Under the pieces are notes generated by a model. That model was not told where the DNA came from and ran no database searches. It worked only from the letters and a program-made list of their open reading frames with translations. A stretch of DNA of 63,765 nucleotides, the filler included, from Parasitella parasitica NRRL 2501 (Eukaryota > Fungi > Mucoromycota): NCBI GenBank assembly GCA_025201805.1. It is 12 parts of 12 records of this genome, joined end to end, with 100 filler letters (N's around TTAATTAATTAA, not from the genome) between each part and the next. Parts side by side here need not be neighbours in the genome. Positions count along the whole stretch, not along the records: positions 20,915 to 42,852 come from MU619456.1; 11 more parts are not named here. One strand, 5' to 3'. This document shows, one piece after another, positions 24,333-36,967 of this stretch (its first letter is position 1; each line of letters opens with the position of its first letter). The position numbers were made by a program, and so were the translations under genes.

Positions 24333-24612
24333 TTTCTTTTGCAAACAAAAAGAGAAAAGAGAAGAAGAAAAAATTAAGGCGAAACAAAGAACGGCGTATA
24401 CACCAAATCTGAGCAACTAATCATCTATCGTTATCGGACAGTCAAACCAATGCTAAACATGCACCATGAATCCTGCTGCTTTATGCCTTTCACATTTGTC
24501 TGATATTCAGGAACGCCAAGGAAACCAGATATAATACCGTATAGCAACAGTAAAAGCCCCTAATTTTACGTCTCCATCCTTCCTATTATCAACAATCTTT
24601 CCGAGCGAAAAT

Positions 24613-24891
24613 TTAGAGTCGGTATGTTTGCATTTGCTCGATATTTCTCGGCAATCCTTTTAGTTTGACGAGACTAAATTGCATATAATCAAAGTAACGG
24701 CTGTTCTTTATGTCAAATGGAGTTGCTTTTTGATTATCAGCAACATTTAACAAAAGTTTACATTGTTGTAATTTTGATTCCATATTGGGTAATATGTTTT
24801 CGTTTTCTTTTTGAGTGAGTTCAGTAGCACTAGAGCGTAATTGAAGTGTTGTATAATCATTTCCCTGTTTTGGCAAGACACATACAATCAT
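24613..24891 (-). CDS. Hypothetical small ORF
   Basis: 92-aa ATG ORF between VMA5 and the kinase; no recognisable motif. Confidence 0.2.
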   Translation of the reverse strand: MIVCVLPKQGNDYTTLQLRSSATELTQKENENILPNMESKLQQCKLLLNVADNQKATPFDIKNSRYFDYMQFSLVKLKGLPRNIEQMQTYRL

Positions 24892-24972
24892 TTTCTATTT
24901 TATTATTATTTATTTTAATTTGTCTTCATTTTTGTTTTTCTTTATTATTATAATATTTTGCAAATAAATTTC

Positions 24973-27846
24973 ATGGCAACCATTACTAGCAGTAATTCAT
25001 CGTCTACGCCTGTATTTCAGCAAAAACCTGAGGATGTAGTCAGGCAGTTCTTGGTTGAAACGCTTGATAGACAAGAGCTACCCAAGGGATCTCTCCAGGA
25101 CATATTGAAAGATGGCATAATATTGTGCGAGTATGTGTGAATTCACAGTGTTTCATTTAAACAGCTCTTTAATTACCTATACCCAGGTTCATTAAACGAT
25201 TTTCACCAAACGAATGTATTATAAAAAACGAAGGCGGCACAATTTTTGCATATGTAAGATTATATAGTGCATATTTAACTTGTATAGTTTGCTAAAAATC
25301 AAATACCCAAATCAAACGCAGCAAGACAACATTGGGCAGTTTTTGCGTGTTGCAGAGAGTGTGAGTAAACCAGATGGCATGCTAAAAAAGATAACTGCAA
25401 TACTGATCTATTTGAATGTAGCTTCATATACCCCAGTCTGATTTATTTCAAACTGTAGATTTGCTAGAAGGAAAGAGGATACAGAGCGTTATTTCGTGCC
25501 TTCTCGCAATCAAGCGCATCATGTGCGAAAGAAAAATTATACCCACCAAACCCGCATCAGGGTTCCTGACAACAGGCAAGAAAGGCGGAAACCGCAATTC
25601 TCAGCTGCTTCGGCCGCCATCGCCTCCAACAGCCGTTACATGTAACGGATATGCATACAATGGGTTACAAAGCAGCAAACTTGGTAGTTACTGTAGACCC
25701 ACTCATAAACGCTTTTCCTTTAGCGAAGAAAAAAAGCTTCCTTCGCCACCAGCAACTCCACCAACTGCAAACGCGGCTGCTGCTACTGTACAACAATACA
25801 TGCTGCATGCGAAAACAAAAAACCCAAGTACAACCCAAACCTCAAACATTGAAACTAGCAAGACTATACACTCTGAATGGCCCAAAAGATCTATAAATAC
25901 TCAAAAATCTCAGGACTGCGCTGGAGATGCTAAAAAGCTAACACTCGAAAAGAAGTTCCAGCATCAAAACAGCAATATTGGAGGCTATGTCAAGTCTCAA
26001 GTGCAAATGATTACTACCAACAACTATCTTACAGTTGCTGACCCAAGCATGAGCAAAGCAAAGCGATACTCTATTTCCGACAATACCAATTATAGCACTG
26101 TAGACAAAACCAATACCAAGCCAGCTTATCTGGCAAGTAACCATATGCCCATGCCAAAGCCCTCTAAATCTACGCCTTTAGTAGCAGCTACCAATGTCAC
26201 TATAACTGCTACATCAGCCGAGAGCAAGAAAAAAACTGCAGCAGAAAACAAGATGAAATACTATGCAGATTGCAACAACAGAAAAACCTCTCTTAAAAAG
26301 ATGGGTTCTTGTGCTATTACTGTTGAAAGCGATGCTGGCACATCTGCAGTTTACGTAAGTTTTCTACAGTGACGAAGTTAAACAACAAGCTAACGTGAAA
26401 AATAGGCGCTGGGCAAAAGCATCGGTAAAGGCCAATTTGGAGAAGTATTTGGTGGATTGAATATGGACACTGGAGAGTATGTAGCAATAAAGAGAATCAA
26501 GAGAAACCAAATGGAATGCGATGATATGGTAAATATCTTTGGGATAAATTTTACAGCATTTTGGCTGACTTTTTTTCTTTTATTGATTAGAACGAAGTAG
26601 GTGTTCTGAAGCATCTCAACAGCGAGCATATTGTGCGGTACAAAGGATTCTCCAAGGATAAAGAATGTCTCAACATTATTCTAGAGTGAGCTTCATGTAT
26701 CAATTGAGTCGCCTTGCCCTACTAATACAAATCTATAGATATGTAGAAATGGGATCACTCCACAACAATATCAAAGCATTTGGCAAATTCCCTGAAAAGC
26801 TAGCTGCGTCCTACACTTACAAGATCTTGTCCGGACTTCATTACCTTCATTCCCAAGATGTCATTCATTGCGATTTGAAGGCTGCAAACATATTAATCAC
26901 CAAAACGGGAGGCCTTAAATTGACTGATTTTGGCGTATCCTTGAGCCTCAAGATGAAAGATGATGAGAATACAGGCGAACCTGCAGGAACACCCAACTGG
27001 ATGGCACCCGAAGTGATCAAATTTGCTGGAGCGTCAGCCAAATCAGATATTTGGTCATTAGGATGTACTATTGTAGAAATGCTGACTGGCAAACCACCTT
27101 ACGCAGGTATTCCCTCATTTGCAGCACTCTATCGTATTGTTGAAGACGACGAGCCACCTATCCCAAAGAACATTGCATTATCTGACGATGCAAGGGAGTT
27201 TTTGATGGCTTGTTTCAAAAAGAACCCAGAGGATAGGCCAAGTGCACTTGACCTTATGAGAACGAAATGGATGAAGACATTCTTTGGCCAAGATCCATCT
27301 TTTCTGGCTTTGTCAAAAGAAGAACATACTATAAAAAAATCCAAAAGCGATACTTGTCTAGAAATGAACAATAGCAATAACTCCTTGACACATCAGTTTA
27401 TCGACCATCAAACATGCCAAAAAGGAGTAAAATGCTATGGTTGCAGTATTCAAATGAAGGGATTATGGATCAAGAGCTGTCAAGGTGAGTAACATTTCTA
27501 TTGTGACAGACATTTTATTAATGAGTAATTTGTGTACACAGATTGCCAATTGAAATTTCATCCTCACTGCATCAACAAAGCACCTCTCTGTACCAAAGAA
27601 TATCACAATAGCCCGCCATTCATCGAATGTTCGGCTACAGTGGCGGATAAAAAGAAGAACTACACTCCATTGGGTCCCGTAACCAATAACATTACAAAGT
27701 CTTATCTGCCCGTTATCAATCAGCAGGAACAGCCTATTTTTGACAGCAATGCTTCTCACCATTTCCAACAATACAAATCTGCGGGATATGCTACAAATAA
27801 GAGCAATACACGCAGACGAAATTTATCATCGTCTGTCATGACCTGA
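24973..27846 (+). CDS. Ser/Thr kinase (Cdc15/SepH-like, STE group) with N-terminal calponin-homology and C-terminal C1-like domain
   Basis: CH: LKDGIILCE..DNIGQFLRVA..SDLFQTVDLLEGK..VISCLLAI. Kinase: IGKGQFGEV, VAIK, HCDLKAANIL, DFG, GTPNWMAPE. C1: HQF..CYGC..CQDC..FHPHC..C. Confidence 0.88.
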
Positions 27847-29329
27847 GTACTGTATAATTCGTATTTTTGGTAATAAAGGTCATTAAAATAATAGCACAAT
27901 CAAATTAGATCATCGGTGTTAAAAAGCTATTTTTAAATGAGCAATTTAGGCCTTCCTCAATAAAATATAAAAGTAGAAATATCTCCACGTTTATTCTGTT
28001 ATTCAGAGATTTCAATGTGTCATAGTATCACTAGTAAACAAAAAAAAGAAATCATAAAAGACTATTATGTGATCATTTACCAATTTAAGCATTGATACGC
28101 TTATAAGTTGTAGATCTGGTCAAATTTTTAAAGGGAATGGAACAATTATGAAAAATATCGATTTTATTTACAACAGTAAACATACTCATCAAATTAGAAA
28201 ACCATACACGAATGTCTATATTTCCAATACAAAAAAGTAGCAGCATAATTTTGCGCACGCGTAGATATCTGTTAATGTGAGTAATAACTGGGCTGAAGTG
28301 TCCAAATACGCATCGAAGTTAGCCAAGTTTGATATAAAAAAGCTATAAAGTGTTGAAATAGTTTAATTAGCAAAATCCTAGCAAGAATCTTTCTTAGGCT
28401 TTTTTTAGGGCCTTTGAACCCATTCGAAAATTCAAAGGCTCACCAAACAACTTTCCATGTCAAGTATTTACCATTTGATTCATGTAAATGATTTTCATCA
28501 AATTTATATGAATATAGGGTTGTTCATAACGACATTTGCTGTTCCCAACGTTTTGATACCCAAAAATGTCATTTTTTTATTGCAAATATTAGTAGAAATG
28601 ATCCAAAACACTCTAGATTTTCGGCTGAAACCACTTATTTCTTCATGTGTGAGCTATTCGATTCTTTTGATTAAAAATTTCAATGAATTATTGATAATAG
28701 CGAAAATATAAAAACATTATGACCCCTTGCTTCAATATTATGAGTATCTCTATCCTTTTTTTTNNNNNNNNNNNNNNNNNNNNNNNNNNNNNNNNNNNNN
28801 NNNNNNNNNNNNNNNNNNNNNNNNNNNNNNNNNNNNNNNNNNNNNNNNNNNNNNNNNNNNNNNNNNNNNNNNNNNNNNNNNNNNNNNNNNNNNNNNNNNN
28901 NNNNNNNNNNNNNNNNNNNNNNNAAAAAAAAAGCATAGCGTCCAAATGGATGCGATTAAAGAGTTGAGATTGGAGATATTAGTCGTTTAAAGAGACAATA
29001 ACTACGATTTTCTGCCACAGAGAAAATATTTACAGTCGTTCTTAATCTTTAGAAAGTTGGCATTTTTATGGCAAAGCTCTCAGGATATTTGTTATACAAA
29101 AAAGATATCAATACTGCAAACTGCTACATCCAAATTAAAAAGGTTTTCACAGTTTATCTGTGATATGTATACGATATTCACTGGAGCATATAAAGACACT
29201 TCTCTTCTTTGGACATCGGACTTGGGTTTCAGAAACGGGAAGAACCGAATGATACCACTATATAATATTAGATCAGATTTCTGAAAAAAAAAAATTCTCT
29301 TTTTGCTCTTCAGAAGAAGAAAAATTATC

Positions 29330-31686
29330 ATGGAGAATAATAATCCTGACCACAAAATAATCCGTGCAGAGCAAGGCGCATTGAGGCCTACAATTGAGAA
29401 TGGCTCTGATGATCCAATGAGGATTTTTGATAATGAAAAGATGGAAGCTTATGATGACACCGACCTTTCATTTGAGAGTATACCTGCTGAAAATTTCAAA
29501 CATACTTCAACATCTACTCAACCTCATCGTGGCTTAAATGCTCGCCATATTCAAATGATTTCGCTAGGTGGTTGTATTGGGTATGACATATTGAAATTTA
29601 TAGTCTGATGCCTTCACTCACTTCGAATCTTGTATAGTACTGGTTTGTTTTTGAATTCTGGACAAAATATTTCAGAGGTAAAAGCTAATAGCTGTTTATT
29701 TTGCTACTTGCTTGTTGCTTATTTGTTTGTTTCTAGGCTGGACCTGCAGGCGCTTTGATCGCTTACTGTGTTGGTACGTTAGTCAAGAAATAACCAGTTA
29801 CATTATTTTCTCACAATCCACTTTTAATCTTAACATTTTCTTATCAAGTTGGATTGATGGTAATACATTTATGCAATACAGATATCGTGAGAAAATTGGA
29901 TTAGTTCTCATCGTTGCAACTTAGGTTTACTGTCTTATGACCTGCCTTGGTGAAATGGCTACATACATGCCTGGTAAAGCCAATGTCTAGTTGTATACCA
30001 TGGTGATCATACTGAAAATACATGTATAGTGTCTGGTTCTTTTAATCACTACGCTACGCGTTTTGTTGATCCTGCTTTTGGTTTTGCTCTTGGTTGGAAT
30101 TATTGGTAACTACGCTATATGAAGTCGTGAAATCGAAAACTAAATACGTTTTAGGCTTTCTGTAAGGGAAAAACTTGATTTTGAGACTTTTTATACTAAT
30201 ATGCTAGAATTGGTTTATCATTTGCTTTTTAATGATCAATAGTGGGTACGTTAATTTTGATACTCTGTATAAGACTATATATATTGACTAATCATGCTTA
30301 TTTTACAGGCTGTAACAATTGCTGCGGGTAAATTTTTCTAGACATGTGTAAAGGACATCTTGTAACTCTTCCGAATAGAAATTTCTGCTGCTGCTACTAT
30401 TATCAATTGGTGGAAACCTGTCATGCCTGATCCAGCATGGTCTACCATCTTTATTTTTCTTGTTTTGTTTATCAATTTGGTTGGTGTCAGACTCTATGGT
30501 GAACTTGAATATTGGTTCGCACTCTTGAAGATCTTGATTGTGCTTGTATTCATCATTATTGGTAATATCGACTACAATTCGGTATTTAGTAAAGCAAACT
30601 CAATCAGTAATTATTAGCTCTGTGTGTTACAACTGGTGGACTTGGTGCCGGTCCTATTGGCTTCAAGTATTGGAAAGATCCTGGAGCCTTTGCCGGTGGT
30701 GGTCTTGGTACACTCAATGTGTTGCTTTCTGCAGGCTTCTCTTTTATGGGTACTGAAATTGTTGGCATCACTGCTGCTGAAGCAAAGAACCCAACAAAGA
30801 CTGTTCCTCGTGCTATTAAAAACACTTTCTGGCGCATCATATTTTTTTATATTGTTACCATTTTCTTGTTAGGCATGTGTCTCCCTTATGACAACCCTGA
30901 TCTGGCCAATGCTGATGGCGATCCAGGAACCGCTTCTTTTACTCTTGTTTTTCAACTTGCTTACATTGACGTTGGTGCTCATATTATCAACGCGGTAATC
31001 TTAATCAGCGTTTTATCTGCTGCCAACTCCTCTCTTTATACCTGTTCTCGCACCTTGCTGGGTCTTTCAAAGGATGGTAATGCTCCTCGTTGGATGGCCA
31101 AGTTGAACCGTTGGGGTGCCCCTTACTTGGCTGTCATTTGTTCGTCTGTTATTGGGTTTGCCTGTGTCTTTGCTTCCATTTACAGCGCTTCTGTTGCATT
31201 TGTTTGGTTCTTGAGCATCACTGCTGTCAGTGGCTTCATCAGTTGGTGGGGTATTGCTGTTGTTCATATTCGTTTCAGACGTGCATTCAAAGCACAAGGT
31301 CGCAGCATGGATGATTTGCCATACAAGGCTTTGGCTTACCCGTATTCAGCTATCATTGCTATCATTTTAACAACATTTATTATTTTTGGACAAGGTTAGA
31401 TCATATATATATATATATATATTATACAACATTTATTAACATGAACGTAGGTTATACAGCTTTCTATCCTCAATGGGATGGCGTCAAATTCGTCACAAAT
31501 TATATTGGCCTTGTTCCTGTTTTCGTTTGGTATGTTGGCTATAAGGCCATTAGAAAATCTAAGGTTGTTCCCTTGATGGAAGTTGATTTTGAAACTGGTC
31601 GTGTTACCCATCTTGACATGGAGAAAGATAGAAAGGAAGATGAGATTTTACCTTGGTATCGCAAGGCGCTTGCTTGGGTTGTATAA
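29330..31686 (+). CDS. Amino acid permease (APC superfamily, YAT/Gap1-Can1-like), many exons including micro-exons
   Basis: RGLNARHIQMISLGGCIGTGLF, AGPAG, LGEMAT, RFVDPAFGFALGWNY, YGELEYWF, FSFMGTE..AAEAKNP..PRAIK..FWRI, SAANSSLY..SR. Confidence 0.93.
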
Positions 31687-31832
31687 GGAATTGCCGTGTG
31701 CTATAGCTCTTTTTTTTTTAATTAATTAATTAATTAATTGTATTATCATTTTTCATCATTAGCTACTATTGTATCTTTTTGAGCCATTTTTTTATTTTAT
31801 TTTTATTATTGCAAGGGCTAATTTTTTGGGAT

Positions 31833-32805
31833 TTACACTGTATCATCACTACAATAGGATAGAAAATGTTAAAAAGATACTGTGCTTGCTTAAAAATTGC
31901 TGCTATATATTTGAAGTATAACTTACTACAAGAAGAAACTATTAGCATAACTCAACAAACGAACAAATGTTGCTAAGATTTACCTGAAATGCCCAGGCTG
32001 TCTTTTTAGGCGATGCTGATGCGTTTTTGACATACAGGTCATTATCCGGCGGAAACTCCTAATTACTCGTCCTTAGCTATATAAACACCATTGATATGTT
32101 ACCAACATACCTTCTTTGTACAACTTGAAATCATGGATATAATAGACAAACAAACATGAGCAACTGTTTGAACAGGCGACCAATCTTTGTAGAGAATATT
32201 CAGGCAAATGTGTCCGTTTGAATATACCTATCAATCATTTTCAGTCAATTGTTCAAGATGAGGGCCCATATCTTTCCTTTACACTAGAGATGGATATAGA
32301 TTAATCAAAATATCATAATCTGAATGTAACAAATTGATAACTTACTGCGGATGAATTGGTATGAAAGGTCGTATAAAAACAACGTCAGGAGCTTCTAAAG
32401 GGTATTGTTCAGTGAATCGAAACTGGGATGTACAATTGTCAATGAATGATGTTTCAAAAATGCTGTCTAGTTTACCTCTAATTTGAATTCTTCTCCCTAA
32501 TCATTGGAGATTAATAACAAAAAGAAAAAGAAAATTTGTTCCCTCTAACCTGGTATATTGTCTTTGCTGCTCCAATTATTTTAATCTTCCATCTAACAAA
32601 TTTATCAGCAAATACAAATTCATCATTCATACCGCTATTATAGTTACGATTTGAAACTTTCGGCTTCCTCTACTATAACGCCTTCGGGAGGGTTCTTATG
32701 GAGGCCTACGGTTCATCAACATTGGCCATGTGTTTCTATGCAGTTTTTAAAAATCAATTTACCGCTTAATTCCTTTGTCAGTCTTTTTGTAAAGAGAGAA
32801 GTCAT
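31833..32805 (-). CDS. UBE2W: Ubiquitin-conjugating enzyme E2, UBE2W-like, multi-exon (absent from the ORF track)
   Basis: Spliced model MTSLFTKRLTKEL..NPPEG..WKIKIIGAAKTIYQGEEFKLEFRFTEQYPLEAPDV..IPIHPHVYSNGHICLNILYKDWSPV..VCLSIISMISSC..PPDNDLYV..PKKTAWAFHDDTV. HPH (not HPN) and terminal HDD are UBE2W-type. The model needs a 1-nt exon and a stwintron. Confidence 0.9.
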
Positions 32806-33025
32806 GTTTCTACACTATAAAATGTCGCGTATTATTCAAGTGAAAGCTGTGTATTATGAGGAAACTAATCGAAAAAGCGGCATATTTGTATCAGAAACTT
32901 GCCATGCTCACAGTCACACATGTTTTGCTTTATTCAGAAGCTTCTCTTCCTTTTCTATATAAATATGTACAGTTTTGTGAAGGTGTGTATGATCCTTTCT
33001 TCTTTCCTCCTATCTATCTTGACTT

Positions 33026-35296
33026 TCACTTTGTTTTTCTCCAAACCGTATCGCATACTTGGATCACTTCCCACATTGGTCGGACATCATGCACTCTCAT
33101 GATATTAGCCCCGCCTGCAACACAAGCTGCAACAGCCCCAGCAGTGCCAAATGTTCTCTTCGCAGCCTCATCTACGCCGGTTATGCTACCAATAAACTTT
33201 TTGCGGCTAATGCCTACCAGAGATGGAAGTCCTCGCAATAACGAATCTTGCCCCTGAGACATGTCTTTCATATGACGCAAGAGTTCAAGATCCTGATCTG
33301 CCGTTTTAGCGAATCCTACACCCGGATCAACAATAATGTTCCAACGGTGAACACCAGCAGCAATAGCTCTCTGTACTAGCACGTGCAATACATGAGACAC
33401 ATCACCTACGACATCGTCGTTTTCGTATTTGGTATTTTCCTTGGACATCATGGTCTGAGCATCTCCGCGCATGTGCATTAAACAAACAGGGACATTACAT
33501 TCTGCCATGATTCTCAGCATGTTGGGATCACGAGTACCACCACTAATGTCATTGATCAAATTGGCACCAGCCTTGACAGCAGCCTCAGCTACAGATGCGC
33601 GGAACGTATCAACAGAAATGGGTAAATCAAAGCCTTCTTCTCTCAATTTAGAAATTACAGGAACCACACGGTGAATTTCTTCTTCTTCTGGGAAACTGTC
33701 GTCGGCACCGGGACGAGTAGACATACCTCCAATATCAATGATATCTGCCCCTTCTTCCTTCATGCGCCAAGCAGCCGCAACAGCAGCCTTGACTTTGTTA
33801 TGCTTGCCACCATCTGAGAAACTGTCCGGTGTAGTATTCAAAATACCCATGACATAAGTCTTGTCGTTCCAACGCCAAATTTTACCCTGTTGAATGGGCG
33901 CCACCTTATCAATTTTGAGAGGACCTTCTTCGCTTTCAGCAGTAACCTTGAGTAGTTGGGACAAAAGTTGGCCATTGGTTTTGAAAAGACGAGGATGTTC
34001 CATGTCTCTAGCGATATCACAAAGAGGCCATAATACAAACTCCCGCTCCTGGATGGATTTGTGGGGGATGATCAAGGCCTCGCCGTCATTGAGTACGAGA
34101 TCATTATAGAATAAGATATCAAGATCGATTGGGCGTGGGCCGTTGCGGAAACTGGGGAGGCGTCCTAATGCGTTCTCGGTCTCTTTCAATTTGGCTAGTA
34201 ATTGATGAGGCTCCAAGCATGTAGCAATCTTGCATACACTGTTCAAAAAGGCCGGCTGCTCTGCATAATACATTGGAGGTGTCTCGTACAGAAAGCTAGT
34301 ATCGAGCACAACACTACTGCATTCAGATTCGAGCATATTAAGAGCCTGATTGATGTTGTCAACACGGTCGCCAATATTTGACCCAAGAGCAATGTAGGCA
34401 GTCTGGGTATAATCAGCAGCCACCTCTTTGCTAAAGTTTAGGTTACCAGCATGATGGATAAATTTTTCCCCTGCCTTTTCCTCAGCATCAAGCACTTGCT
34501 TTAACCATATTCTATCCCGGGTAACCTCGATACCAGAACAATCAGCAAACAAAATAGCGCTCGGCTTCTCTACTCGGACAGAAATCTTGTTGATATGACA
34601 CTTTTCTAATGCTAACCGAGCAACCGTAACACCAAATGCTTCGATCGTCTTGTAGCCAGATGCTTCAATATGACGAGTCAATGTACGAACAATGGTACGC
34701 AAGTTGTGAGACTTGTTTTGTTCTGAATCAGCAAACTTGCCATAGGGTAAAAAGGAAGGGTATACAATCAAATTGATAACAACCACTTGCTTCTCCTCCC
34801 TCTCCCAAGGGTTGACACCAACGATCGTATGAAGACGCAAGTCTCTCACAAAAATCTCGTCGGCTACTCCCAATCCTGATACTTGACCTGTAGTTTCTAT
34901 TACCTCTTTATCGCAGCCGTCATAATCTTCGATGGCTCGAGTTAACCTTACACCTGAAGCAGCAGCATGCAAAAGAGCCTTAGGTTGTTCCACAGTTACC
35001 ATTGTTTTAGCAGCACCGAACTGAACACAACACAATTTAACGACAGCGTGAGCTAGACCCTCCAAAGAATTGAATGTACAGGTTTCGCCCAATTTGGTGA
35101 TAGCCTTAGTGACATGACCGTAATGAATAGTGTTTGTAACATGATCAGTATTACCAGCAGCAGTGATGTCAGTGTAGATCTCGACAGAAATCACGACGGG
35201 CTGTGATTTAAGTCTTTGCCATGCCTCTACGCCTGCTACATTCTTCAGAGCCAGGTTCTTTACAAGAATTTTGTCGTATTGCTTTTCCTCTTCCAT
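33026..35296 (-). CDS. FOL1: Trifunctional folate synthesis protein (2x dihydroneopterin aldolase, HPPK, dihydropteroate synthase)
   Basis: Intronless 756-aa ORF. Two FolB-like units (VEQPKA, VEKPSA); HPPK AYIALGSNIGDR..GPRPIDLDIL; DHPS MGILNTTPDSFSDGG, STRPG, DPGVGF, SRK, RVHDV. Confidence 0.97.
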   Translation of the reverse strand: MEEEKQYDKILVKNLALKNVAGVEAWQRLKSQPVVISVEIYTDITAAGNTDHVTNTIHYGHVTKAITKLGETCTFNSLEGLAHAVVKLCCVQFGAAKTMVTVEQPKALLHAAASGVRLTRAIEDYDGCDKEVIETTGQVSGLGVADEIFVRDLRLHTIVGVNPWEREEKQVVVINLIVYPSFLPYGKFADSEQNKSHNLRTIVRTLTRHIEASGYKTIEAFGVTVARLALEKCHINKISVRVEKPSAILFADCSGIEVTRDRIWLKQVLDAEEKAGEKFIHHAGNLNFSKEVAADYTQTAYIALGSNIGDRVDNINQALNMLESECSSVVLDTSFLYETPPMYYAEQPAFLNSVCKIATCLEPHQLLAKLKETENALGRLPSFRNGPRPIDLDILFYNDLVLNDGEALIIPHKSIQEREFVLWPLCDIARDMEHPRLFKTNGQLLSQLLKVTAESEEGPLKIDKVAPIQQGKIWRWNDKTYVMGILNTTPDSFSDGGKHNKVKAAVAAAWRMKEEGADIIDIGGMSTRPGADDSFPEEEEIHRVVPVISKLREEGFDLPISVDTFRASVAEAAVKAGANLINDISGGTRDPNMLRIMAECNVPVCLMHMRGDAQTMMSKENTKYENDDVVGDVSHVLHVLVQRAIAAGVHRWNIIVDPGVGFAKTADQDLELLRHMKDMSQGQDSLLRGLPSLVGISRKKFIGSITGVDEAAKRTFGTAGAVAACVAGGANIMRVHDVRPMWEVIQVCDTVWRKTK

Positions 35297-36137
35297 AATT
35301 GTTGTGTTGTGTTGTTTGAAGAGATAAAACGTCTTTTCTTTTTTTTTGCTTTTGATGTTTCTTTAATACATGTTTGACCATTGTGACTATAGATCTAATC
35401 CAATTAGATCATGCATCCTCTCATTTTGCACAATTCAAATCTTGACCCTTGCCATTGGTTACAATGCGATTTATGTTTCTCACTCGAAAAGCCCTTAAGT
35501 TTGACTTTTTAAAGAAAAAAAAAAAGTGTGCTTGTATGATTCTATAGTGTTTGCTATGTTTACTATAGCTGAATTGATTTAAATTCTTTTAGACCTGAAG
35601 ATAGCTACTGGATTTCAGTATTTTACAGATTTCCAAGATTTAAGATGAGATTGCAACATGTCTTTTTTTGCAGAAGTGGTTATTGAAATGGCATTGGCTC
35701 GTGTTACATGACCTATTCATCCCTTCAAGTATAGCTCTTATTTATTTGTAGGCATGGTGGTGTATAAGTTCAAATGCTCGTCATCTATTGCTAAGGTTAT
35801 ACTGGGAGATTAATGTAAAAACAAAATGTTTTCAATATATGACTCTTTTGAAGGATTTTTTCTCGCATGATGAGATCAATAGTATCTTAATTCTTCTTTG
35901 TAAGATAACTGATCAAAATGTTTGTTATGCTAGATATAAAAGTTTTTCACTCTAACCGAAATGATTTCTATTATTCCCTAAATACAGCAAAGAAAGGTTT
36001 ATTGTTTTGAATAAGATTAGGATGTTTGATTGGCGTAAGGTTTGAGGTTACTGCACAAACAAATAAACTCGAATCTGCTAATCTAAAAACAATCCTTTTT
36101 CCTTCCTCCTTTTCTTTTTTATTTTCTACATTATTTC

Positions 36138-36419
36138 ATGGCTGCTTACACTGGTCGAGATATTGCTCTTTTTATTATTGCCTTCTTCTTTCCCCCTGCT
36201 GCTGTAGGTATTAAAGCTGGATGTGGTGTTGACTTGCTGATCAATATTTGTCTTTGTGCTCTCGGCGCCATTCCCGGCATTATTCATGGCTTCTACATTG
36301 TTCATAAATACAATGATAATATTGAAGATATTGAATCTGGAGGCCTTCGCTATGAAAGAGTTGCAGTGGAAGAACCTCCGAGAGTCGTGTATGGTGCTAC
36401 TTCGCCTTCTAATAATTAA
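36138..36419 (+). CDS. Pmp3/Sna (UPF0057) family proteolipid
   Basis: IIAFFFPPAAVGIKAGCGVDLLINICLCALGAIPGIIHGFYIV. Confidence 0.88.
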   Translation: MAAYTGRDIALFIIAFFFPPAAVGIKAGCGVDLLINICLCALGAIPGIIHGFYIVHKYNDNIEDIESGGLRYERVAVEEPPRVVYGATSPSNN

Positions 36420-36787
36420 TAGCAAATTTATTTAAATACATGAATGTTCTCATATGCGCGAAGTAAATGTATAAAGCAACTGATTATTTTTTTTTTCTTT
36501 TTGTAATGCAAGATATTGAAAGAATTATCAACATTTGTTAGTTTATTGATATGTAGAACTTAATTCAGTATAGGAAGTATGTTTTTCACAAAAAAAAAAA
36601 CCAAGTATAAATAGCATTTTGTTTAGAACATTGCATTTGAAGAATTTACCTAACAACAGTCGTTTCGATTTGCGATTATTTTTGGCAGTATCAGTAACGT
36701 TCCGTTTGTAAAAGATGCTACATCTTCCATCATTTGGTCGCATGTTGAGCAACTCTTGGATGATAATAACTTAAGACCGCGATTAAT

Positions 36788-36842
<55 letters not shown>

Positions 36843-36967
36843 GGAGAGAAGGTTGACATGAGCGGAATTTTGACCTACTCCATTATTTCTGCAGGCCTTC
36901 GGTTCTTCTTCTTTCTCTTTGTATTAGTGTATTAGTCACTTGATCCTTTGACTTTTTTTATCTAATT

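Noticed and set aside
31849-31984. Alternative [A2,3] reading of the twin intron
   Set aside because: Removing the downstream intron first would need a G after it to rebuild AG; the next base is T.
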